From an uncultured Planctomycetota bacterium (GTDB lineage: Bacteria; Planctomycetota; Planctomycetia; Isosphaerales; Isosphaeraceae), in NCBI GenBank assembly GCA_963845755.1, contig CAWJTV010000033.1, forward strand, positions 352,001 to 416,000: DNA of 64,000 bases, written 5' to 3'. Of this stretch, positions 11,125-20,435 are shown in pieces. The stretch's first letter is position 1. Each line of letters begins with the position of its first letter. A program made the translations under genes and the position numbers. A model generated the notes under the pieces. That model was not told the origin of the DNA, searched no databases, and worked only from the letters and a program-made list of their open reading frames with translations.

Positions 11125-12333
11125 GTGATCGGCGATAACCGTACTTCGATCGATATCGCGGAGCATTGCGTCTCCGTCTGCCCGTCGGCCGTCCTGCGCG
11201 TGGCCGTCCTGTTCAGCGGTGGCGAGGCGCCGGGAATGAACGCGCTGCTGCGTGCGATCGTGCGCGTGGGCATGAATCGATATGGAGGGGACGTGATCGG
11301 CGTGAAGGAGGGATTTGCCGGTCTGGTGCGGGCGGTCCGACGGGTCGAATTGGGGCACTGGAGCCTTGCAAGTCTCAGGGACGACATTGATACTCACGAT
11401 GGCTTGCGTGGCGTCGGGCGTGCGTCTCAGGAATTGGTCCGGCTGGACCGGGCCTCGGTGAGCGGGCTGCTGGGCCGCGGTGGCATCCTGCTCGGGGCGT
11501 CGCGGTGTCCCGAGTTCCATGAGCCGGTGGTCCGCCGGCAGGTGATCGATCTCTTGAGCTCCGTGGGGGTTCGTGGCGTGATCGTCTGCGGGGGAGATGG
11601 CTCGATGGCCGGCGCGGACCGGCTGGCCGAGGAGAGCGCGTTGCGGGTCATCGGCATCCCGGCGACGATCGAGAACGACCTGGCCGCGACCGAGCCGTCG
11701 CTGGGTTTCGACACGGCGGCGAACACGATCACCTGGGCGGTCAGCCGTTTCACGGACACCGAGGCCCAGCATCCCCGAATCCTGGTGCTCGAGGTGATCG
11801 GCCGCCACGGTGGCGACCTGGCGCGGCTGGCGGCGCTGGCCTCGGGAGCGGAGGTCGTCGTCACCCCGGAGCACGGTCCGCTCACCGAGGCCGGGATGGA
11901 GGAAATCGCCGTGCGACTGGGACGCGCGATGCACCGAGGCCGGCGACAGGCGATCGTGCTGGTGGCCGAAGGCGTCGCCCTGGACCCGTCGCTTGCCGGC
12001 CGCGACGAGACGACGCCAACGGTCTGGCTCGCCCATCAGCTCCAGGCGTTCTTGCGAGGGGAGGCGCGGGGATTCCCAGACCTGGAGGTCCGCCCCTGCA
12101 TGCTGGGCCATCTCCAGCGCGGGGGGGCGCCGTCGGTCGCCGACCGGATCCTGGCCGCCCGGTTTGCCGGCGCGGCCTGGAAGGCGATCGCCAGCCCCCG
12201 CGAACGGAGCGGCGTCCTGGGAGTGCGCGGCGGCGAGCTGTTGCTCCAGGACTTCGCGGTCCTGCCCGACCCCGAACGCACCGAGGCCGCCGAGCAGCTC
12301 GACCAGCTTCAGAAGGATGTGAGTCATTGGTGA
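11125..12333 (+). CDS. 6-phosphofructokinase (PfkA) family protein with non-canonical motifs
   Basis: SGGEAPGMN, GGILLGASR, GGDGS, PATIEND, EVIGR, VAEG, LGHLQRGG. Confidence 0.85.
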   Translation: MIGDNRTSIDIAEHCVSVCPSAVLRVAVLFSGGEAPGMNALLRAIVRVGMNRYGGDVIGVKEGFAGLVRAVRRVELGHWSLASLRDDIDTHDGLRGVGRASQELVRLDRASVSGLLGRGGILLGASRCPEFHEPVVRRQVIDLLSSVGVRGVIVCGGDGSMAGADRLAEESALRVIGIPATIENDLAATEPSLGFDTAANTITWAVSRFTDTEAQHPRILVLEVIGRHGGDLARLAALASGAEVVVTPEHGPLTEAGMEEIAVRLGRAMHRGRRQAIVLVAEGVALDPSLAGRDETTPTVWLAHQLQAFLRGEARGFPDLEVRPCMLGHLQRGGAPSVADRILAARFAGAAWKAIASPRERSGVLGVRGGELLLQDFAVLPDPERTEAAEQLDQLQKDVSHW

Positions 12334-12417
12334 GGTTGTCCGGTGTAGGGTGGGCGAAACCGCTCTACTAAACCCGGATACCGTTCTCGGACGGTTCCTT
12401 GATCCCGGGAGACTGAG

Positions 12418-13452
12418 ATGTCCGACAGCGAACGCATTCACGTCGAGGTCGCGGTCGCCCTCGTGGCGGACGCGAACCAGCGGGTGCTCTTGACCTTGAA
12501 TCCCGGCTGGGGGAGCTTCACGCTCCCCATGACCCGCCGGCGCCGGGGCCGGCAGGGGAACGAGCCGCCGTCGCGGGCGGCCCTCCGCGCCGCGGCCGAG
12601 ACGCTGGGGACTCCGGTTCGTTTGAACGAATCGCACCGCGGCCCCAAGCCACTCATGGCCCGGCTCGAATCGGGCCGGGAACTGGTGGACAAGATCTACG
12701 CCTTCCATGTATTCCACGTCGAGCCTCATCCCGATTTCGCCGACCGACTCCGGATCCCTCAATCGCACCTCTGGCTCTCCCCGCACCTGGTCCTGTCGGG
12801 AGTCTACGAGCCGGTCTCCGAATCGGCGCGATTCATCCTCCGCAACGCACTGGCCGATTTCGACATCCCTGCGCGCTCGCAGAATACCAGCGTCCTGATC
12901 GCGGAGCGCAACGACCCGGCGCGAGGCCGGCTGTTCCTCGTCCGATGGAACCCGAACTGGGGTTACGCCCTGCCATCGAAGCGCTGGGAGCCGCCCGACC
13001 CGGCGAAGGCCGATGACCCATCGGCCACCGCGATGGCCGGCGCCGAGCGCATTGCGCGGGACGAGCTGGGCCTGGAACCGGGCAAGGACGTGACGCTCAC
13101 TCCGGCGAAGTCTCCCGAATACGCAACCCACGGGGTCAGCGTCACCGAGTCGGCTCCCGCGTTCGGAGAAGCGACGGACTATCATCATCGTCTCTTCGAC
13201 GCCCAGCTCCACCATATCGAGAAGCTCCAGTCCACCCAGCCGCTAGCCTGGATCAGCGAGGAGGAGATCCACCACGGCTGGACGTCGGCGTCTCAGGGCG
13301 AACCGGGTTCCCCATCAGGACATGCCGCCCGGGTCTCCCGCACCACCTATGAGATCCTGATGCACCTGGGCCGGATCGGCGAGACCGTTGACCCGGAGCT
13401 CGAGGTCATGGAGAAGTACTGGCTCAACGAGTTCGGCGGTGGCGTGGGATGA
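12418..13452 (+). CDS. protein with two degenerate NUDIX-like domains
   Basis: two similar units: VLLTLNPGWGSFTLP...AALRAAAETLG and FLVRWNPNWGYALP...GAERIARDELGL. Confidence 0.55.
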   Translation: MSDSERIHVEVAVALVADANQRVLLTLNPGWGSFTLPMTRRRRGRQGNEPPSRAALRAAAETLGTPVRLNESHRGPKPLMARLESGRELVDKIYAFHVFHVEPHPDFADRLRIPQSHLWLSPHLVLSGVYEPVSESARFILRNALADFDIPARSQNTSVLIAERNDPARGRLFLVRWNPNWGYALPSKRWEPPDPAKADDPSATAMAGAERIARDELGLEPGKDVTLTPAKSPEYATHGVSVTESAPAFGEATDYHHRLFDAQLHHIEKLQSTQPLAWISEEEIHHGWTSASQGEPGSPSGHAARVSRTTYEILMHLGRIGETVDPELEVMEKYWLNEFGGGVG

Positions 13453-13524
13453 CGAGGACCCGGTGGGGATCGTCATGTGAGAGAGGGTGAAAGTGAGGGT
13501 TCTTCCCGCTGTCGGAGCGTGGCC

Positions 13525-14980
13525 ATGCCCGTTTCCTGGACCATCAAGGCCCGACGTCACCTACGGCAAGGGCTGGCCGAAGCCCTGTGCAGGGAAAGTC
13601 ACAACCTGGGAAACCCCGGGCCTGAGTCGCAGCGATACTTCGGCGTGCTGGAGAGGACCATGGACAATCTCAGCGAGGTTCTCGCGGTCACCTTTCCGGG
13701 AAAGTCGGTCGTCGTGCAGGACCAGGTGATCGGATTCCGGCGCAAAGCAGGCCAGTTCGTCCTGATGGTCGAGGTCTTCGATCCGGGGGATGAATCGTGG
13801 TCGGGTGAGGTCAGTCGGAGCGGCCCGTACGTGGTCAAGATCGGCCCTACGGAGTTCCTGGAGCGGGAGCATCGCGGCTGGGCCTGCTGCCGGCCGCCGG
13901 GCCTGCGGCACGACCTGGTGTTCCTCGACCTCGAAGGCATCCACGAGGACGGGGATCGCGGCCCGCTCATCAGCCTGGTCTATGGCGACGCGCAGCAATT
14001 CCTCGGCGTCGAGACCACGACCACGCTCGAGGCCGCCGCGCTCGAGGCCGTGCGGTTCGGCGTGCCCACGGTCGCCTCGATCGGCTTTGTCATCGTCGCG
14101 CTTTACGAGCGGATCGGACACTTGCTCTACGGCCAGTCCTTCATCGACGACCCGGCGCGGGCGGACTATGCTTTCGACCTCCCCAAGCTGACCGACCGCA
14201 TGGCGCAATGGGATTTCGAACCCGTCGTGCCAGGCCGCCCGCCGCGACGTCAATACGCTGGCTCGGAGCGGCCCCGAGCAGTTCCTCGACCCGATCGACT
14301 ACCTCGACTACGTACGTCAGCTCGTCCCCTGGAAGCTCGCGGACGGTTCGACCCAGGCTCCCACGGCCGACCTGGAGGCGATGCGGCAGCTCGGCGAGCC
14401 CGTGCCGACGCGCGCCGACCTGGTCCCCCGCCTGCTCCGCGGATGTGCCCACGGCGACCTGCACGGGCGCAACGTGCTGGTCGGGATCGTGCGCGAGCAG
14501 GCCCTGTGGCCGACGGTCTTCGACTACGAGGACATGGGCCCGTGCAACCTGATCGGCTGGGACTTCGTCAAGCTCGAGACCGAGCTGAAGATCCGCGCCT
14601 ATCTCGAGGTCTTTGCGGGGGTGGTGCCCAGCGCGTTCGTTCAGAGCGTGCAGAAGTTCGAAGTCGCGCTCGACGCGCGTACGGAGGAGTGTCATGCCAA
14701 CCGAAGCTGGCCGATGGTCGGCGAGGCGGCGACCCCGGCCGATCGGCTCCGCGTCATTCTCTTGGAAGTCCGACGGATGGCCGTGCGCCACCTCGGAGAC
14801 AACGTCGGCCGGCCCAACGACTGGCTGGAACAGTATTACTTCCTGCTGGCGTGTTACGGCATCTGGACGGGCAAGTTCGACAACCTCCAGCTCCGCGAGC
14901 GAATGGGCGCCTTGATCTCGGCCGGAGTCGCCACCGCCCGGCTGAACTGGCCCCGTCTTGAATCACGAATTGCACGTTAG
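13525..14980 (+). CDS. aminoglycoside-phosphotransferase/kinase-like protein (frameshift near 14220)
   Basis: YVVKIG..EREH N-lobe; HGDLHGRNVL catalytic loop; VFDYED; WDFVKLETELK. Confidence 0.75.
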
Positions 14981-15035
14981 CCGCCTCTCCTCACCGCAGA
15001 AACTGCTAACTGAAGGAGAAACGGACCGGACCCAT

Positions 15036-15350
15036 TCACCACAGAGTCACAGCGCGGGCGAGCCGCAACCAACCAATCAAAAGAGACTCACCACAGAGTC
15101 ACAGAGGACACAGAGAGGAATTTTTCGATGCCTTCTGTTGATGCAACCTCTTGTGTCTCGAGACGTTATGAAATCATGCACGGTGTACAAGATTCTCGAA
15201 CTTAGTAGTACAGAGCACACAGAGAAGACCATAACGCATTGTAATTTCATGAGTGTACAGAGTCATGTTTCCTCTCATGACGTCTTTTCGAGAATCAGAA
15301 TTCACAACTGTTTCTGTCTTCTCTGTGCTCTCTGTGGCTCTGTGGTGAGA
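15036..15350. repeat. intergenic inverted-repeat element built from CACAGAG-type units
   Basis: TCACCACAGAGTCACAGAGGACACAGAG (15088-15115) is the near reverse complement of CTCTGTGCTCTCTGTGGCTCTGTGGTGA (15321-15348); extra partial copies at 15036 and 15210. Confidence 0.75.
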
Positions 15351-15386
15351 TATCCGAACCCGATCTGTTCTCCCAAGGACAATCCC

Positions 15387-16262
15387 GTGAGCGCACCAAT
15401 CTCAACCCCGACACTCGAAGCCACCCTCAAGGTCCCGTTCCCGAGCTATCACCGGCCGCTGGCCTGGGCGCATCAGTGGCTTTCGAGCGGCGATCCCGAG
15501 CGCAAGAGGGTCGCGGTCGAGTTGCTCCGGACGCTGTACCAACGGTATGACCACGCCGTGGCGGTCGGCCAGGAGCTGGTCCTGGCCTTGATGGAGAGCG
15601 GCAGGGAGGCTCAGCCCGAGGCCGAGGCGACCCTCCAGGGGATCGATGCCCGGTTTGCCAAGCTGGACGAGGAGCTCCTCTGCCGGTGGGGCCGGTTCTA
15701 CAAGGACCATGGCGACCGGTACCTCGGGCTGCCCTGGCTGGTCACGGAGATCCCGCCCAACCCCGAGGAAGCGCGGCCGTATTACCTCAGGTCACTCGAG
15801 AAGTACGAGGAAGCGTTTCGCATCCGTTCGGGGCATTACCCGGGGATCAACACGGCCACGCTCCAGTTCTTGCTGGGCACGCTGGCCCGGCCGGCGGGCA
15901 CAGCGTCATCCCCTGAGGGCAACGAAGTCGCCAAGGCACAAGCGATCGCGAGCCGGCTACTCGAAGGGCGCGAGAAGTGGTCGGAGTTGACCCCGAAGGA
16001 TCGCACGATCTGGCACCCCGCGACGGCGGCCGAGGCGCACTTGCTGCTCCAGGAATGGGACCCGGCCGCCCGCGAATACCGCGTTGCGATAGAGAACAGC
16101 CGGGGCGCGCTCCGTGACATCGAAAGCATAGGACGTCAGGTTTGTCTGATCGTCATGGGCTGGAGTCGTGTCGGCGTAGCGATCCCCGAGCCGTTCACCC
16201 AGCTCCATCTCTTATTCCCCAGCGTGCCACGGGAACTCATTATCCTATTAACACAATTTTGA
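15387..16262 (+). CDS. TPR-sensor / MAP3K TRAF-binding-like tetratricopeptide protein
   Basis: GTG start at 15387; motifs WGRFYKD, YEEAF...HYPGINTATL, WHPATAAEAHLL, IESIGRQV. Confidence 0.7.
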   Translation: MSAPISTPTLEATLKVPFPSYHRPLAWAHQWLSSGDPERKRVAVELLRTLYQRYDHAVAVGQELVLALMESGREAQPEAEATLQGIDARFAKLDEELLCRWGRFYKDHGDRYLGLPWLVTEIPPNPEEARPYYLRSLEKYEEAFRIRSGHYPGINTATLQFLLGTLARPAGTASSPEGNEVAKAQAIASRLLEGREKWSELTPKDRTIWHPATAAEAHLLLQEWDPAAREYRVAIENSRGALRDIESIGRQVCLIVMGWSRVGVAIPEPFTQLHLLFPSVPRELIILLTQF

Positions 16263-16320
16263 CGATGGGGTCCGCAATGTCGCGCACACCAGGGGAACTC
16301 CGCAGCAGGAGGCCGAGAGG

Positions 16321-17044
16321 TCATCCACGTGAGGCGAACCGCCTGAGGTCATCGGCCATCTGACCGAGACGGTCTGCCAGATCACGGGGCGCTTTGAGAC
16401 ATTGCCGAAGAGTCGCAAGGAGTTGTTCGATCTCCTCGAGGGTGACCTTGACCGCATAGGCCCCGGGGGCCGGGCTCGCGTTGAGGAACTCCCATATGGC
16501 CCTCTTCCAACCTTCGTCACCCAGGAGGGTGCACACCAACGCCAGGTCGGCGGCCGCGTATTCATCTTTGGCCCTCGGGCCGCTGCGCTGTCGCCGGACT
16601 TCGTCTCTGGCCGTCTCCAGCTCCTCGCGCAAGGCCAGGTTCGACAACCTTGGCCGCATCGTCGTGGATCGCCTCAGGCTGGATGTAAACGCGCGCGACC
16701 AGCCGTTGCACCATGTTGTAGGAGTTGATGATCCCATAGCCTGATTCCCGCCGCTCGATTTCGTACCCCGCGTCATAGGCACGGGCGGATTTCTCGAATT
16801 CCCCCCACCTGCGAAAAATCCCGCCTTTTGTCCCGAGGATATAGGCCAACTGGGCGGCGATCTCCATCTCCGAACGACCGAGCCTTTCCCCGGGCTCGCG
16901 GGACTGTTCGAGTCGCTCGAGGGCGGTGCGAAGGTGGCCTTCGGCCTGCTCGATCAACGCGACCGCCCGCGGGAAGTCCCCGCGGTCGCGGGCATTCATC
17001 GCGTCCGACTTCAGTTTTCTTGCCAGATCGATGACATCAGACAT
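16321..17044 (-). CDS. TPR-like helical protein (frameshift near 16640)
   Basis: MSDVIDLARKL...GDFPRAVALIEQA...LGTKGGIFRRWGEFEKSARAYDAG; C-terminus in ORF 16321..16782; start overlaps the stop of the upstream gene. Confidence 0.65.
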
Positions 17045-20000
17045 GATTGAGGCTCCCTCGGGACGCGATGGTATCGAGGACCTTTCCGATTTCGAGGGCG
17101 AGGGCCGCGTACTCGGTCCCGGAATAGTCCTGCAATCGGTCCCGGAGATTCCTGCCGACCTGTTCGAGCGCACCCAGGTGGGGGTCGTTGGGGTCGGATT
17201 CTTGCTTGGTGAGTTTCTCGGTCAATTTGTACCGGCCGTCCAGGTAATACCAGGCCGCCAGCTCATGCTCGATCGCGGCCTTTTTGATGTGCTCGGCGAG
17301 GGACTCGGCGAACAGCACACTCATCTGTCCCGCTTCGGCCACCGCGGGGCCGGCGATCGCCTTGGCCCCGCTCAAGAGGAGCTCCTGGACGGGTCGTCCC
17401 CCCGGCTCTCGGCGCCATTCGATGGAGTCGGCGACCACCTGGTAGGTGCGCCCGGCGAGAGCGTCGCGCCGGTCCCCAGAGACGGCTGATTCGGATCGAA
17501 TTCCGCCAGGCGGTCCTTGAGGTTCTTGAGTTCCTTCAGGCTGAACCGCGTCGGCTTGAAGAAGTCGAAGAGGGCCCGCCTCGCGGGGTCGCCGTCCAGC
17601 TCCACGGCCTTGGCGGGGTCGCCGTCCGGATCGTCCGAGTAGAAGATGAAGATCGGATCGGTGTCATTGACCGCGAGGCGAACCCCGATCTCGAAGAAAA
17701 CGTTGGGGCGCCAGCCGGTCCAGTCGGCGATGCAGACCCTCGTGCAACGGATGGCCGGGTAGAGTCGTTGCTCGACCAGTTGGGGCGACGCGCAATCGAG
17801 CCGTGAGACGAGCCTGGTCGCCTCGCCGAATCGACCTTCGAGCTTGCCCTTCAAGGTTTCGTTGACTTTCTTGCCGTGATCGGGGTCGAACCATTGGAGC
17901 AGCAAGACCTGCTCTTCGGGTTCGCGGATGCCCGGCGTTTCGCCGAGGCGCCTCACCGCATCGAACGCGGGGAGATCGAGGTAGGCATCCGGCTGGAGTC
18001 TGAGGGCATCGTAGCCGGCTTCAAGAGCGTTGGCGATCTGCTTGATCTCCTCTTTTCTGGTGCGAATCGGGATGAGCGAGGCGAGGTTGAAAGGGAGGGG
18101 GTTGCCGCCCGGTTCGTCGTTCGTGAGCGTGATCGTGACGCCCCGCCGGACCGCCGAGCGAATCCCCAGGAACAGCATCACCGCGCAATCGAGCCCCGTG
18201 ATGTCGAACACCGCGAGGTCGCATTCGCAGAGGGCGCGGACGGTCCGCTCGTAGGCCGCCGAAGTCGCGAGCGCCTCGGTGGCCAGGATGACCTCGGGGA
18301 CGGTCTCGATCTCGGGACCCGCGACGGTTCGCGAACCCAATCGCTTCTTGAGCTTCTCGAGCGCCTGCGTGACCCGTTCCTCCTGAGTCATCTCACCGGG
18401 AGGGTCCCCTCTCCCTTTGACGAGGACACACCCGATCCGGCCCGCGAAATCCAACCGAAGCGGAGGGATCTTGCCCAACGCGGCCTCGAAATCCTCGGTG
18501 CTGTACAGACGCTTTCGGGTCCAGTCCTCATCCTGCCGGTCCGGCCGCCACTCCGCACGGAGCGGCTCGCACGCGGCCCAGATGTCGGGGAATCCCTGCG
18601 CGAGGGCCGGCTTCGGTCCGTGTCGGATGATGGCTTGATCCACCTTCATGGGCTTGCCGGTCCGGCCCTCGAAGCGGGTGTGACCGACGATTGATGCGAC
18701 AGCGTCGATGACCTTGCCCTTCTCGCTTGCCGTCAGCTTCGGACGAGGCCATAGGCTCGCCAGTTGCGTCCTGAGGCCTTCGATCAGCCCGACTCTTTCC
18801 GTCAGCCTCGTCTCGTCGGTATCCGCGGCTATCTTGCCTTCGCGGTCGAAGATGCGGAAGTGGAGCAACTGATTCACGGCGGCTACGACGATCAGATTCT
18901 TACCCTCGCTCGGGATGTCTCGTGCGTCATTCACCGAGGACATCAATCGTAGGTCGTACCCCTCGAAGCGGATGACATACCCCTTGAGCGTCTTCACCGG
19001 CTCCTCGATCCGACCGGGCTTGTCCACGAGGAGGAACCTCTTCTTGTTGTAGAGGTACGCGGTGATCAGTCTGTTGAGGACGGAAGCCTGCGGGCTGAAT
19101 AACGCCTCCTCGGAACTGTTCAGCCAGATCGTCCCCATCTTGCGCGGGCGTAGGTTCGCGTCCAGCGCCGGGCGCGATCTCGCTCGCCGCCGCCTTGTAC
19201 GCATCGGCGCGGGCCTGCGGCGAGCCACCCTTCTCCTCGACCTCCTTGAGCCGATCAGCGACTTTGCTGAGGGAATGTTTACTCACCTTATTGATCACAT
19301 CGCCATGTTTAAAATCCATAATGCAGAGCCGCATGAGATCGGTGAGCCCACCGTCGCCGCTCCCGGACAGGAACCAGGACCCGATGGACTCGGCCTCGAG
19401 TCCGTCGAGGCGCGTGTCGGTCCAGTAGCCGTCGGACGCCTCCGTGTCGTCCCTGCCGAAGCCGACCGCCAGGATGACGACGTCGAACTCCCGTCGGTCT
19501 TCCCCGCCAACCTGGACGAAGGGCCTCTTACCGGCGACACCGACTTTGATCTCTTTGCAATCACATCGAGGATGGGGCAACCTCTGACCCAGGCGGGATC
19601 GAAGCCGATCCCACTCTTTGTCGAGTTGCTCGACGACTTCCACCGCGTTTTTCGCACTCCAGGGCAATATCGGCACGTCGGCCTGATCGCCCAGCTCGGT
19701 GCTGTAGGGCCAGTCGTAGATATATGGGTGGATATATCGCTTATCGCACCCCCTCTGGAGCCGCATGGTATCCCCGAGCTCCTCGAACACCTGGCATTCT
19801 CGAACGCCCCGCACGGCCGCGGCGGCGGCGGCCGTCATCCCGGCAATCCCGCCCCCGATCACGGCAACCCGGCTCTGGCCGGACAGGATGCCGCCCTTCG
19901 CCAGGGAGTTGACCAGGTTCAGTGCGCGGACCTGCTGGAAGTAGACGGTCACATACCTCGCGAAACAACCCAGGACGTAGATCCCCGGTTTACCGGGTAC

Positions 20001-20066
20001 TCGCATCAGTCGGAGCAGCTCGGTCCGGTGCTCGTCATCGGTCTGAGGTTCCTTGGGGAATGACAT
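17037..20066 (-). CDS. multidomain protein: FAD/NAD-dependent oxidoreductase plus two nucleoside 2-deoxyribosyltransferase/TIR-like domains (two frameshifts)
   Basis: VAVIGGGIAG, FDVVILAVGFG, SGSGDGGLTD; C-terminal CDLAVFDITG..AVMLFLGIR..LPFNL and VCIADWTGWRPNVFFEIGVRLA; GGAGGG RBS before ATG 20066. Confidence 0.7.
18666..18971. mobile_element. MITE-like element inserted in frame, with terminal inverted repeats and target-site duplication
   Basis: direct repeat CCCTCGAAGCGG at 18666-18677 and 18960-18971; inner ends GTGTGACCGACGATTGATG vs reverse complement GTACGACCTACGATTGATG (16/19 identical); offset 294 bp. Confidence 0.8.
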
Positions 20067-20435
20067 CCCTCCCTCCACTTCGACATCGAACCTGGAGAAA
20101 CCGGTCGGCCGAGTCGGTCGCGACCCCGGCTCGGTCGAGGGTTCCCAGGTGGGAAAAGACCGAACGCGGGACTGAGACAGGCTGGAAGGAACGGGACAGG
20201 ATGGGTTGTTCGACGGCATGTCCCCGACGCCTCTGCGTTTTCATCCCGGTTCACGCCATGCCTGAAGGATCAGTCTACAAGGTCGATCAGGCCAAGTCCA
20301 TCGCGCGGGGGCCGCATCCCGAGAAATCCGCAAGTGCATTCGAATCGCGATGGGGAAGGTGTACGATGAGCACGTGGCCGCCCCATGCCGAGGGGTGACT
20401 TCGATGCCCGTATCGCGTCGATAACCGGAGGTCCC

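Noticed and set aside
11035..13215. 726-aa minus-strand ORF, and similar long antisense ORFs such as 32601..34715 and 36198..37553
   Set aside because: Shadow ORFs of high-GC genes on the opposite strand, with no recognisable motifs.
14958..15386. N-terminal extension of the TPR-sensor ORF
   Set aside because: It translates the repeat element; the GTG at 15387 after AAGGA is the more plausible start.
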